A stretch of DNA of 64,000 bases from an uncultured Candidatus Binatia bacterium (lineage in GTDB: Bacteria; Desulfobacterota; Binatia; UBA9968; JAJDTQ01): contig OZ244070.1 of NCBI GenBank assembly GCA_965215605.1, forward strand, positions 3,328,001 to 3,392,000. The letters are read 5' to 3'. Of the stretch, positions 1 through 10,041 are shown piece after piece (the stretch's first letter is position 1; each line of letters opens with the position of its first letter). The notes beneath the pieces are model-generated. The model saw nothing but the letters and a program-made list of their open reading frames with translations. It did no database searches and was not told the DNA's origin. The translations under genes and the position numbers were made by a program.

Positions 1-2
1 GC

Positions 3-3000
3 AGCCTGCAGGTCTCCGCCGGCGCAAGCAGCGCGAGCATTCCCGTCTCGATCATCGACGACAGCACGGATGAGCCCAACGAAACCGTGCGACTGACCCT
101 CACCAGCGGCAGTGGCTACCAGCTCGGCGCCCAAACCGTCCACACCCTCACCATCACCGACAACGACGACCCGCCCCCGGCGACGCCGGTGGTGAGCATC
201 AGCGGCGGTGGCAGGATTACCGAAGGCGGCACCGCCACCTTCAACCTGAGCGCGACCCCGGCGCCGCCGAGCCAGATCACGGTGAACGTCGACGTGGTGG
301 ACAGCGGCAGTTTTGCCAATAGCGGCCAGTTCGGATCACGCCAGGTCACCATCGGTACCGGCGGCAGCGGCACCCTCACCGTCACCACCGACAACGACAG
401 CACCGACGAGCCGGACGGCAGCCTCACCGCCAGCATCGCCAGCGGCCAGGGCTATTCCCCGTCGAGCACCAGCGGCTCGGCGTCGATCGCGGTCAACGAT
501 GACGACCTGCCGCCGCCCACGCCCGCGGTCAGCATCTCCGGCGGCAGCGCCATCACCGAGGGCGGCACGGCCACCTTCACGCTCACCGCCTCGCCCGCGC
601 CCCAGGGCAGCATCAGCGTCAACGTCAACGTGACCCAGAGCGGCGATTTCGCCCGCGGCGGCCAGACCGGCACCCGGCGCATCACCATCGGCGGCAGCGG
701 CACGGCCACCTTCAGCGTCACCACCAACAACGACAGCACCGACGAACCCAACGGCAGCATCAGCGCGGCGGTACGAAGCGGCACGGGCTACACCGTGCAC
801 AGCCAGAGCGGCTCGTATTCGGTAACGGTCAACGACGACGACGAGCCGCTGCCGCAGATCAGCATCAGCCGCGACGCCGCCTCGGTAGGCGAAGGCCAGG
901 CCGCGAGCTTCACCTTGAACGCCAGCCCCACCCCGACGGCGGATCTGGTGGTGCACCTGAACATCTCCCAGCGCGGGGATTTCGCCGCCGATGGCGCCAC
1001 CGGCGCGAAGACCGTGACCTTCCCCGCCAACACGGCCACGGCGAGCCACACGGTGGCCACCGTCGACGACGACAGCGACGAGCGCGACGGCTCGGTGACG
1101 GCCCGGGTCGTGTCGCGTTCGCACTACCGGGTGGCGTCGGCGAACGAGGCGAGCGTGTCGGTAACCGACGACGACGTGCCGGTGCCTGAGATTCGCGTGA
1201 CCTCGGAGCAAGCGACGCGTCCGGCTTTCCGGGACGGAACCGACTTCGAGGGCGCCACGCTGAAATTCACCCTGCACGCCGATGTCGCTCCCGAGGCGGA
1301 CCTTGAGGTGACGGTCCAGGTCGACGAGCCGGGCAACGCGTTCGTGAACAGCGCCGACGCCGGCACTCGCCAGGTGACGATCCCGGCGCGCCAGACAAGA
1401 GCGACGCTGAGCGTGCGAACCATCGACGACAGCATCGTGGAGGATCCCTCCAGCGCCACCGTAACCGCCACCGTGCAACCCGGCACCGGCTACACCGTGG
1501 CAGCGCAGCCCAGGAACGAGGCCGAGGCCATCGTGCACGACAACGACGGCCTGCCAACGCTGTCCATCAGCGACGGTTCGGCGGAGGAAGGTGACGAGGT
1601 CTACTTCCAGGTAACGTTGTCGAAACCCGTAGCCCACGAGGTGAGCTTCACCTACAGCACCGAATCGGGGACCCTTGACGGCCGGAATTACGGCAACGCC
1701 AGTCAATCGGAGGATTATCCCTTCACCAGCAATAACGCCACCATCTACCCCGGCAGCGAACGGTTTGAGATCTGGATACCGACCTTCGACGACGCCCACG
1801 ACGAGGGCGATGAGACCTTCACCGTCATCCTGTACTATCCCGAGAACGCGACCATCGAGGACGGCGAGGGGACGGGCACGATCAAGAACTCCGACCCGCT
1901 GCCCGGCGCCTGGCTCGCCCGTTTCGGTCGCACGGTGGCCGAGCAGGCGCTCGACGGCATCACGGCGCGCATGGAGGCATCCCGGACGCCGGGTCTTCAG
2001 GGCAGGGTGGGCGGCCACGTTCTTGGAGGCGGCGGAGGGGCCGGGAGCGGTCAGGAATCGGTGACGGCAGCGCCGGGGACGGGCAGTTACGCTCGCCGAA
2101 CCGGAAACCGGGCTGGATCCGTTCCTGATCCCGGCGCTCTCGGAAACGGACCGGGCCCGCCCGGGCGGTATGACGCAGGGCGGATGATGAGGGGCAGGGA
2201 GTTGCTGGCGGGGAGCGCGTTCACCCTGACCGGTGACCCGGACGCGAAGGACGGTGCGGTGGCGTTCTGGGGCCGGGGCGCGTACACGAGATTCGACGGC
2301 AAGGAGAAGGCACTGAGTCTCGACGGCGAGGTCACCGCGGCCATGCTGGGCGCCGATTACGCGCGCGACCGGTGGCTCCTGGGACTCGCGCTTGTGCAGG
2401 GCTGGGGCGACGGCGGCTACACCGACCCGGGCACGAGTTCGGGCAAGCTCGACTCCACGCTGATCGCGGCCATCCCCTACGGCGCGGTGCAGGCGACGGA
2501 GCGGCTGAAACTATGGGGCTCGGCGGGCTACGGTCAGGGTCAGGTGACGTACGAGCCGGAGGAGAGCTTCACCGAGGCGCGGTTGGGTTCCGCGTTGAAG
2601 GCGGACACGGGCTGGCGGCTGGCCGCGGCGGGGTTGCGCGGCGACCTGCCGGCGCCGTCCTTCGCCAGCGGCTTGGCGTGGGCGGTGGTGTCGGACGGCA
2701 TGTGGGTGCGCACGACCTCGGACAGGACCGGGGAGTTGGTGGCGTCGGAAGCGGACGTGACCCGGTTCCGGTTGGGTTTGAATGGAAACTGGACGATGGC
2801 GCCGGGAACTTCCGGATCAAGCTCTGCCTGGGGCGGGGGCGCGCTTACGCCCAGGCTGGAGGCGGGTGTGCGTCACGATGGCGGCGATGCCGAGACCGGG
2901 TTCGGCATCGAACTGGGCGGCGGCTTCACCTGGATCGTCCCGCGGTACGGCCTCGACATCGACGTGCGGGGCCGGACGCTGCTGTCGCATGAGGCGGACG

Positions 3001-3407
3001 GGCGCAAGGACCGGGGGTTCTCCGGCGCCGTCGCCTACGACCCCGACCCGGCCAGCCAACGCGGGTTGTCGTTCACGCTGCGCCACGAACTGGGTGGAGA
3101 GGCTTCCGGCGGACTCGACGCGCTGTTCGACGCGGAGTCCGTCGGAGAGCGCCCCGGCAGTGAGCTCATGCGCCGGTGGACCGCGGAAGCCGGGTGGGGA
3201 TTCCCGGCTTTCTCCGGCCTGTACACCGGCAGTCCGCACGTCGGCTACGGCTTGGCCCCCAACGGCCGCGAATACACCCTCGGCTGGCGCCTGGAGCCCG
3301 CGCCCAACGCCCCGGACCTCTCCCTCGGAATCAAGAGCACCCGGCGCGACAGCGACCACGACCCCACGGAGTACCGCTTCGGACTCGAAGTCCGCGCCCG
3401 ATGGTAA
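3..3407 (+). CDS. Large Calx-beta-repeat surface protein with C-terminal autotransporter-like beta-barrel (5' end outside window)
   Basis: Frame is open from base 3. About five ~110-aa repeats (xSISGG..EG..ATF..DxDEPDG..GY), a Calx-beta motif (SISDGSAEEG...DDAHDEGDETFTVIL), the linker PGAWLARFGRTVAEQ, amphipathic beta strands and a terminal Trp (EVRARW). Confidence 0.85.
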   Translation, partial: SLQVSAGASSASIPVSIIDDSTDEPNETVRLTLTSGSGYQLGAQTVHTLTITDNDDPPPATPVVSISGGGRITEGGTATFNLSATPAPPSQITVNVDVVDSGSFANSGQFGSRQVTIGTGGSGTLTVTTDNDSTDEPDGSLTASIASGQGYSPSSTSGSASIAVNDDDLPPPTPAVSISGGSAITEGGTATFTLTASPAPQGSISVNVNVTQSGDFARGGQTGTRRITIGGSGTATFSVTTNNDSTDEPNGSISAAVRSGTGYTVHSQSGSYSVTVNDDDEPLPQISISRDAASVGEGQAASFTLNASPTPTADLVVHLNISQRGDFAADGATGAKTVTFPANTATASHTVATVDDDSDERDGSVTARVVSRSHYRVASANEASVSVTDDDVPVPEIRVTSEQATRPAFRDGTDFEGATLKFTLHADVAPEADLEVTVQVDEPGNAFVNSADAGTRQVTIPARQTRATLSVRTIDDSIVEDPSSATVTATVQPGTGYTVAAQPRNEAEAIVHDNDGLPTLSISDGSAEEGDEVYFQVTLSKPVAHEVSFTYSTESGTLDGRNYGNASQSEDYPFTSNNATIYPGSERFEIWIPTFDDAHDEGDETFTVILYYPENATIEDGEGTGTIKNSDPLPGAWLARFGRTVAEQALDGITARMEASRTPGLQGRVGGHVLGGGGGAGSGQESVTAAPGTGSYARRTGNRAGSVPDPGALGNGPGPPGRYDAGRMMRGRELLAGSAFTLTGDPDAKDGAVAFWGRGAYTRFDGKEKALSLDGEVTAAMLGADYARDRWLLGLALVQGWGDGGYTDPGTSSGKLDSTLIAAIPYGAVQATERLKLWGSAGYGQGQVTYEPEESFTEARLGSALKADTGWRLAAAGLRGDLPAPSFASGLAWAVVSDGMWVRTTSDRTGELVASEADVTRFRLGLNGNWTMAPGTSGSSSAWGGGALTPRLEAGVRHDGGDAETGFGIELGGGFTWIVPRYGLDIDVRGRTLLSHEADGRKDRGFSGAVAYDPDPASQRGLSFTLRHELGGEASGGLDALFDAESVGERPGSELMRRWTAEAGWGFPAFSGLYTGSPHVGYGLAPNGREYTLGWRLEPAPNAPDLSLGIKSTRRDSDHDPTEYRFGLEVRARW

Positions 3408-3481
3408 GGCGCCGGGGCGCGGCGCAAGCTCCTGGTGGGGTTTGGGCAGGTGTTGCCCGCGTGCGACGGACAGGCTCCTGG

Positions 3482-4360
3482 TCACGTCCACGCCAGGACG
3501 AACACGCCGGCGACGATCAGGGCGGCGCCCACGCCGTCCTGGAACCGCACGATCTCGATTCCCTTGAGGGTGAAGTGGGCCAGCGCGAAGGTCACCAGGG
3601 GCTGGATGTTCCAGATGGGTCCCACGATCACCGCGGGGGCGTGGACCACGGCCAGGAACGTCAGGATCGTGCCGATGGCGTGGATCACGCCGGAAGCGGC
3701 GAAGCACAAGGTGGCGGCCAGGGGCACGCCGCGGAAGACGATGCGGAGGCGCAGCACCTTGCCCAGCAGGAAGATCATGGCCAGACCGGTGATCTGGGTA
3801 ATGAGTGCACCGACGATGGGGTCGCCGCCCAGGAGCACGCCCAGGCGCTTGAGTATGGGGCCCAGGCTGTAGAAGGCGAAGGACAGGAAAGCGTTGACGA
3901 ACCCCATCAGCGGGGCCGGCGGAACGGTCCCGGAACTCTTGACGTGGGTGATCAGGAGGATGCCCGCGACGATGGCGGTCACGCCGCCCAAGGTCCCGGG
4001 GGTGGCGCTCTCGCCCAGCAGGGTGACTCCGATAACGGTGGTGAGGAGCGGCGAGGCGTTCTTGATGGACTGAGCGCGGGAGGCGCCGACTTGGTCAATG
4101 GCCCGCAGCAGGAAGACCCGGCCGAAAAACGCTCCCACCGCGCCCAGGACCACGAAGGTGGCCACCGCGGGGAAGGGGACCGGGAACCCGCCGGCGTCGT
4201 AGACGACGATCCAGACCAGTGCCAGGAATGGCACCATCGCCGCCTGCTGGATGGTCACGGCGGCGTCCACGTCCGAGTATACGAGGCCGCGCTTCACCAG
4301 CGGCGGCACCAGCCCCCACACGATGCCCCCGGCGAGGGCGTAGATGATGCCGAGTCCCAC
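3482..4360 (-). CDS. DMT/EamA family transporter
   Basis: 292 aa with ~10 hydrophobic helices in two EamA-like halves. Confidence 0.85.
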   Translation of the reverse strand: MGLGIIYALAGGIVWGLVPPLVKRGLVYSDVDAAVTIQQAAMVPFLALVWIVVYDAGGFPVPFPAVATFVVLGAVGAFFGRVFLLRAIDQVGASRAQSIKNASPLLTTVIGVTLLGESATPGTLGGVTAIVAGILLITHVKSSGTVPPAPLMGFVNAFLSFAFYSLGPILKRLGVLLGGDPIVGALITQITGLAMIFLLGKVLRLRIVFRGVPLAATLCFAASGVIHAIGTILTFLAVVHAPAVIVGPIWNIQPLVTFALAHFTLKGIEIVRFQDGVGAALIVAGVFVLAWT

Positions 4361-4443
4361 GAAACGCAGCCTGGTCCGCCGGCTGCCTCGTGGTCAAACC
4401 GGCCGCCCGGTCCACCCCGCCGGGGCGGCCCGAACTAGATCGG

Positions 4444-4869
4444 TCACTGCGCGGGCACGACCTTGATCTTGATGGTGTGCGCCAGCTTCTTGCCGAAGGA
4501 GCGGTGGAGGCCGTCGGCGAACTGCATTGTCAGGGTGTAGTCCCCGGGCTCGAGCTTGATCTCGGCTTCGGTCTGGCCCTTGCCGTAGTGCAGGTGGATC
4601 TTGTCCGTCGGGATCACCTTGCCGCCGCGCATGGCGCCTTGGTTGATGAGGATGTGATGGTGCCCGGTGCCTTCGACCACGGCGCCGGAAGGTTTGACGG
4701 TGATCCCCTCCACGCCCATGACCACCTTCACCGGGCTCACGACTTCCGCCCCGTCCCTGGGTTCGACGAAGAAGACGCGCGGATCCTGCGCCGCCGCAAA
4801 GCCCGCGAACCCCACGATTACAAGAAACGCCGCCGCCGAAACCAGTGCAGATCCGAGCCTGTTCATCAT
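4444..4869 (-). CDS. Exported DUF4399-domain protein
   Basis: Signal peptide followed by VFFVEPxDG, GHHHILIN, LHYGKGQTE and LxPGxYTLTMQFADGLH motifs typical of DUF4399. Confidence 0.8.
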   Translation of the reverse strand: MMNRLGSALVSAAAFLVIVGFAGFAAAQDPRVFFVEPRDGAEVVSPVKVVMGVEGITVKPSGAVVEGTGHHHILINQGAMRGGKVIPTDKIHLHYGKGQTEAEIKLEPGDYTLTMQFADGLHRSFGKKLAHTIKIKVVPAQ

Positions 4870-5042
4870 CCGAACTCCTTACCGTTGAAGTGACGTAATA
4901 TTGACACGATGGACGTGAGGCCGACACTACCAACAGCGATCATGCTTTGCAAACCGCCAGGCGAGGCGCTGGCAGATCCTTGCAGACCGGGCCTTGCTGG
5001 AACGGATTCTTCTCGTCAAATTGACATTCCAATCAGGATGAC

Positions 5043-5070
5043 CTAGTGACCTGTCTGGTTAATTCGCACC
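5043..5070 (+). mobile_element. Solo IS630-like terminal sequence
   Basis: CTAGTGACCTGTCTGGTTAATTCGCACC resembles the reverse complement of the IS630 right end (CTAGTGTGGTGTCTGGTTAATTCG) and the arm of the 51867 palindrome. Confidence 0.6.
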
Positions 5071-5123
5071 ACGAGAATCGAGCTTGAAGACCCCGGACTT
5101 CCGGGTCGGAGAAAGGCATACGC

Positions 5124-6890
5124 ATGTCGGAAATCAAGAAATCGGAACAGCGCTGGCAGTCGGACGTCATCGTCGACCTCATGAAGCTCTACGATATCCC
5201 CTACGTCGCCCTGAATCCGGGGGCGAGCTACCGGGGACTCCACGACTCCATGGTCAACTACGGCGAGAACGATCCCGAGATGCTCCTGTGCAACCACGAG
5301 AAGATCGCGGTGCAGATCGCCCACGGCTACGCCAAGGCCTCGGGCAAGCCCATGATCGCCATCGTGCACGACGTGGTGGGCCTGCTGCACGCGCCCATGG
5401 GGGTCTACTATGCCTACATCGACCGCTGCCCGGTGTTCATCATCGGCGCCACCGGCCCCATGGACGAGAAGTACCGGCGCCCGTTCATCGACTGGATCCA
5501 CACGGCCTTCGCCCAGGGCGACGCGGTGCGGAACTTCACCAAGTGGGACTATCAGCCCGGCAGCATCCACGGCGTGCCGGACTCCTTCGCCCGGGCTTAC
5601 TCCATCATGATGAGCGAGCCCCAGGGCCCCATCTACATGTGCTACGACTCGGCGCTGCAGGAAACCCCGCTCACCGACGACATAACGGTCCCGCCGGCGT
5701 CCGCGGTCAAGGTGCCGTCGCGCATCGCGCCGGAACAAGCGGTGGTCGCCCAGGCCGCCGAGATGCTGGTGAAGGCCGACAACCCGCTGCTGCTCACCGA
5801 GTACGCCGCGCACATGCCCGTGGGTTTCGAGCCCACGGTGGAGTTGGCCGAAACGGTCGGCGCGTCGGTCTTCGACGTCTGCAAGCGGCTGGGCTTCCCC
5901 AACCGCCATCCCCTCAGCATGAGCTTCAACCCGGACGCCTTCGCGGGCGTGGACCTGGTGATGGCGCTCGACGTGGTGGACTGGACCCGCGGCTCTCACA
6001 AGCTCAACACCCAGACCCGCGAGGTCACGGTGGTGACGGCGCCGGACTGCAAATGGGTGGACGCCGGCTTCGCCGACATCGAGATCAGCAAGTGGGCCAC
6101 CGACTACAACAAGCACAACAACTGGGACCTGCGGGTGATGGGGGATACCTCCATCACCATCCCCGAACTCACCAGGGCGTGCGGCGCTCTCATCGACGGC
6201 GACGCGGCGCTGAAGGAGCGCGTCGCGGAGCGCAAGAAGGCGCTGGCGGACAAGCACGAGCGGCAGTGGCAGAAGTGGCAGCAGCAGGTCGAGAAGGAAA
6301 TGGACCAGCGGCCCATGACCGAGTCCCGGCTGGCGTACGAGGTGTGGCAGGCCATCAAGGACGAGGACTGGGTGCTGACCGCCGGGACCCTGAAGGACTG
6401 GGTGCAGAAGATCTGGGACTTCGACAAGCCCTACCGGCATCCGGGCCGGGAACTGGGCACCGGAACGCAGATCGGCATGTCCATCGGCGTGGCGCTGGCC
6501 CACAAGGGGCAGGGCCGGCTGGTGGTGGACCTGCAGCCCGACGGCGACCTCATGTTCGACCTGGGCGCCTTGTGGATGCCCATCAAGTACGACATCCCCA
6601 TGCTGGTGGTCATGTACAACAACCGCGCCTACTACAACGACTGGGCGCACCAGATCCACATGGCCCACCAGCGCGGCACCGACCCCGACCGGGCCTACAT
6701 CGGCATGGACCTGGAGGCGCCGCCGCCGGACTTCGCCCACATCGCGCGGGGCATGGGCTGGTACGCGGAAGGCCCCATCGAGGACCCCTCGGAGGTGGCG
6801 CCGGCAGTGCGCCGGGCCATCGAGCAGGTCAAGGCCGGCAAGCCGGCCCTGGTGGATCCCATCGTCTGGCGCCGGGACATCAACACTTGA
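5124..6890 (+). CDS. Thiamine diphosphate-dependent enzyme (acetolactate synthase/benzoylformate decarboxylase superfamily), paralog 1
   Basis: N-terminal LNPGAS, catalytic HE (CNHEKIA), and C-terminal ThDP motif variant QPDGD...YNN. Confidence 0.85.
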   Translation: MSEIKKSEQRWQSDVIVDLMKLYDIPYVALNPGASYRGLHDSMVNYGENDPEMLLCNHEKIAVQIAHGYAKASGKPMIAIVHDVVGLLHAPMGVYYAYIDRCPVFIIGATGPMDEKYRRPFIDWIHTAFAQGDAVRNFTKWDYQPGSIHGVPDSFARAYSIMMSEPQGPIYMCYDSALQETPLTDDITVPPASAVKVPSRIAPEQAVVAQAAEMLVKADNPLLLTEYAAHMPVGFEPTVELAETVGASVFDVCKRLGFPNRHPLSMSFNPDAFAGVDLVMALDVVDWTRGSHKLNTQTREVTVVTAPDCKWVDAGFADIEISKWATDYNKHNNWDLRVMGDTSITIPELTRACGALIDGDAALKERVAERKKALADKHERQWQKWQQQVEKEMDQRPMTESRLAYEVWQAIKDEDWVLTAGTLKDWVQKIWDFDKPYRHPGRELGTGTQIGMSIGVALAHKGQGRLVVDLQPDGDLMFDLGALWMPIKYDIPMLVVMYNNRAYYNDWAHQIHMAHQRGTDPDRAYIGMDLEAPPPDFAHIARGMGWYAEGPIEDPSEVAPAVRRAIEQVKAGKPALVDPIVWRRDINT

Positions 6891-6909
6891 GCCACGAGAG
6901 GAATCAGGC

Positions 6910-8694
6910 ATGAGCAAGGCGGAGAAGGTCGAGGGAGTCGAGATCAAGAAGTCGGACCGCAAGTGGCAGTCGGACGTCATCGTCGACATGGTCAAGCGCT
7001 ACGGGTTCGAGTACATCGCGCTCAACCCCGGGGCCAGCTACCGGGGCCTTCACGACTCGCTGGTGAACTACGGCGAGAACGACCCGCCGATGATGCTGTG
7101 CAATCACGAGAAGATCGCGGTGCAGATCGCCCACGGCTACGCCCGCGCCAGCGGCAAGCCGATGATCGCCATCGTCCACAACCTGGTGGGGCTGCTGCAC
7201 GCGCCCATGGGCATCTACTACGCCTACCTCGACCGGGCGCCCATCTTCATCATGGGAGCCACCGGCCCCATGGAAGAACCCAAGCGCCGGCCGTTCATCG
7301 ACTGGATCCATTCCGCCAGCGTCCAGGGCGAGGCCATCCGCCACTACGTCAAGTGGGATTCCCAGCCCACCACCATCGACGCCGTGCCCGGCGCCTTCGC
7401 CCGGGCCTATGCGGTGATGATGAGCGGCAAGCAGGGGCCCATCTACATGTGCTACGACGCCGGCCTCCAGGAGGCGGCGCTGGACCACGACGTGGCCATG
7501 CCGCCGGAGGACAACGTGCACGTGCCGGCGCAGGCAATGGCGGATCCCACCGCTTTGGAAAAGGCCGCGGACACCTTGGCCGCCGCCAAACGCCCGGTCA
7601 TCGTGGCGGATTTCGCCGCCCGCCCGCCCCACGGCTGGGACCACGTGGTGGAGCTGGCCGAGACCCTGGGAGCGGCGGTGTGGGACTGCGACTCGCGGCT
7701 CAACTTCCCCAGCGAGCATCCGCTGAACCTGAGCATGGACAGCGAGGGGTGCTACAAGGACGCCGACGTCGTGCTGACCCTGGACATCGCCGATTTCGAG
7801 AAACCCACCCACGTGCGCGACATCGCCACCCGCACGGTGGTGAGCATGGTGCCGGAGGACGCTACCTGGATCGACATCGGCTACACCGACACGGAGATCA
7901 GCAAGTGGGCCATGACCTACGCCAGGCCGTTCTACGCGCACCAGCGCATGACCGCGGACCCCGTGACCGCGGCGCCGGCGTTGACCAAGCTCCTGAAGGA
8001 GCGCATCGCCGCAACGCCGGGCCGGGCCGGACAGATCGCGAAGAGGACCGAAGAGGTGGGCAAGCGTCACGCCGAGATCCGGGCTGAATGGCTCAAACAG
8101 GCGAAGGAAGACCGCTGGGACGCGGTGCCCATGACCGTGCCGCGGCTGGCGCTGGAGGTGTGGGACGCCATCAAGGACGAGGACTGGGTGCTCACCTCCG
8201 GCACGCTGCACGACTGGGCGCGGCGGCTGTGGAACTTCGACAAGCCCTACCGCCACGGCGGCCGCGAGCTGGGCACCGGCACGCAGATCGGCATTTCCCT
8301 GGGCGTGGCCCTGGCCCACAGGGGGAAGGGACGGCTGGTGGTGGACCTGCAGCCCGACGGCGATCTGATGTTCGACGCCGGAAGCCTGTGGATCGCCGCC
8401 AAGTACCAGATCCCCATGCTTATCGTGATGTATAACAACCGCGCCTACTACAACGACTGGAACCACCAGATCGTCATGGCCCGCAACCGCGGCACCGATC
8501 CGTCGCGCGCCCACATCGGCATGGACCTGTGCGGCCCGGACCCCGACTTCGCCACCCTGGCCCGCTCCATGGGCTGGTACGGCGAGGGCCCCATCGAGGA
8601 CGCCGACGACCTCAGGCCCGCCCTGGACCGCGCCATCGAGCAGGTCAAGCAGGGGCAGCCGGCGCTGGTGGACACCATTACCCAGCGGCGCTGA
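6910..8694 (+). CDS. Thiamine diphosphate-dependent enzyme, paralog 2
   Basis: Same motifs as paralog 1, with long identical stretches (WQSDVIVD, CNHEKIAVQIAHGYA, GRELGTGTQIG, DLQPDGDLMFD). Confidence 0.85.
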   Translation: MSKAEKVEGVEIKKSDRKWQSDVIVDMVKRYGFEYIALNPGASYRGLHDSLVNYGENDPPMMLCNHEKIAVQIAHGYARASGKPMIAIVHNLVGLLHAPMGIYYAYLDRAPIFIMGATGPMEEPKRRPFIDWIHSASVQGEAIRHYVKWDSQPTTIDAVPGAFARAYAVMMSGKQGPIYMCYDAGLQEAALDHDVAMPPEDNVHVPAQAMADPTALEKAADTLAAAKRPVIVADFAARPPHGWDHVVELAETLGAAVWDCDSRLNFPSEHPLNLSMDSEGCYKDADVVLTLDIADFEKPTHVRDIATRTVVSMVPEDATWIDIGYTDTEISKWAMTYARPFYAHQRMTADPVTAAPALTKLLKERIAATPGRAGQIAKRTEEVGKRHAEIRAEWLKQAKEDRWDAVPMTVPRLALEVWDAIKDEDWVLTSGTLHDWARRLWNFDKPYRHGGRELGTGTQIGISLGVALAHRGKGRLVVDLQPDGDLMFDAGSLWIAAKYQIPMLIVMYNNRAYYNDWNHQIVMARNRGTDPSRAHIGMDLCGPDPDFATLARSMGWYGEGPIEDADDLRPALDRAIEQVKQGQPALVDTITQRR

Positions 8695-8754
8695 GCGGGT
8701 CGGAGTTTCGCCGTTATCGCCCTCTCCGTGCGGCCTGCACTCCCGGCGCCTGGA

Positions 8755-9132
8755 ATGCCGTACGAATACTACGACATAAGAGGCTACGAGCGGCTCATCG
8801 TCCGCATCACCCTGGGCCTCGACGCCGGCACCGCCACCGACGTGGAACGCTACGGCGCCGCCTCCGTCCTGTGGAGCCTCTACAACCGTCTTCGGGAAGA
8901 CCAGCGGGAGGTGTTCCTGGTCGGGCTGGGCAACGCGCTGGAGAAGAACGCCAGCCGCAAGGCGCTGTCCCAGATGGTGCTGTTCGCCTCCAACCCGGTG
9001 CTGGACGTGGACCACAGCATCGACATCCTGGGGGACTGGTTCGTCAAGAACAAGAAGGCCGACCCGGGCCTGTACGAGGCGCTGGACGCCTACTGGCGGC
9101 GGCGCTTCAGCCGCGGATTCGACGAGGAGTAG
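8755..9132 (+). CDS. Hypothetical protein (~125 aa)
   Basis: Host-like codon usage and a globular-looking sequence; no recognised motif. Confidence 0.65.
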   Translation: MPYEYYDIRGYERLIVRITLGLDAGTATDVERYGAASVLWSLYNRLREDQREVFLVGLGNALEKNASRKALSQMVLFASNPVLDVDHSIDILGDWFVKNKKADPGLYEALDAYWRRRFSRGFDEE

Positions 9133-9162
9133 GGCGGCGGGGGTGAGCCCGTTGCCGGACCG

Positions 9163-9984
9163 CTATTCGTCGAAGAACGCCAGGGTGCGGATCTCGATGC
9201 TCTCCCGCGGCGGCGCATCCTCGGAAGTGTGGGGATGCTCGAAGGCGGAATGCGCGCTGAAGCGCGCCCGCCCGTCCGTCTTCGAATCGTAGCACTTGAA
9301 GACGATGGCCTCGTCCGGCTGCATGTCGGGAAAATAGTAGAGCCGGTGATCCGGGCTGTAGGTGAGGTGGTAGGTCTCGCCGAGCCGATCGGGATGAGGC
9401 CGCACGGTTGGGATGAGGTCCTCGGTGGCGATGCTCTGGGCGTCGCACATGGCCAGGGGGTCCCGCAGCACCGGGTCCAGCATGCCGCGCCACACCTGGA
9501 CCACCGCGAAACGCTTCTTGAGCAGCTCGCCGGCCTCGTCGGGCAGCAAGTCGCGCACCCGCTCCGGCCCGGACCATTCGGTGTAGTCGTTGTGCACGTT
9601 CTGGACCGGCCCCTTGGCGCCTTTCTCCTCGTAGCCGGAGCGCAGGGTGTGGTCGAAGACCAGCACCCGGCAGGCGCCGGTGTTTTCCTTGATCAGCGCC
9701 TCCATCTCGGGATAGTAGACCGCCCGGACCTCGTCCTCGTCGAAGAAGTCGGTCATCTTCGTGGGCTGGGGCCGCAGGGCGAAACCGTGGTGCTCGATGG
9801 AGAGCTCCGGGTGTTGGCGTCCGTTCCGGACCAGGGCCTGGTGGGTCTCGTACGTCCGGTCCTTGTGCGGGTAGCCGAGGCTGGGCTTGTCGAACGTGGT
9901 GACGGGCCGGTGGCCCTTGTGGACCATGTAGTTGAAGCTCGCTTTGACGGCGTCGTCGAGAGTTTCCGCTGTGGCTGTGGCCAT
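9163..9984 (-). CDS. CmcJ/NvfI family (Fe/2OG-like) oxidoreductase
   Basis: VLVFDHTLR, VHNDYT (HxD), PLAMCDA, SAHSAF and RESIEIR motifs; RBS AAGGAG upstream of the ATG at 9984. Confidence 0.8.
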   Translation of the reverse strand: MATATAETLDDAVKASFNYMVHKGHRPVTTFDKPSLGYPHKDRTYETHQALVRNGRQHPELSIEHHGFALRPQPTKMTDFFDEDEVRAVYYPEMEALIKENTGACRVLVFDHTLRSGYEEKGAKGPVQNVHNDYTEWSGPERVRDLLPDEAGELLKKRFAVVQVWRGMLDPVLRDPLAMCDAQSIATEDLIPTVRPHPDRLGETYHLTYSPDHRLYYFPDMQPDEAIVFKCYDSKTDGRARFSAHSAFEHPHTSEDAPPRESIEIRTLAFFDE

Positions 9985-10041
9985 GGTGATCTCCTTCGGG
10001 ACCACGGTCCCCTTGTACTCTGAGTGTGAAAAACGTCTTGT

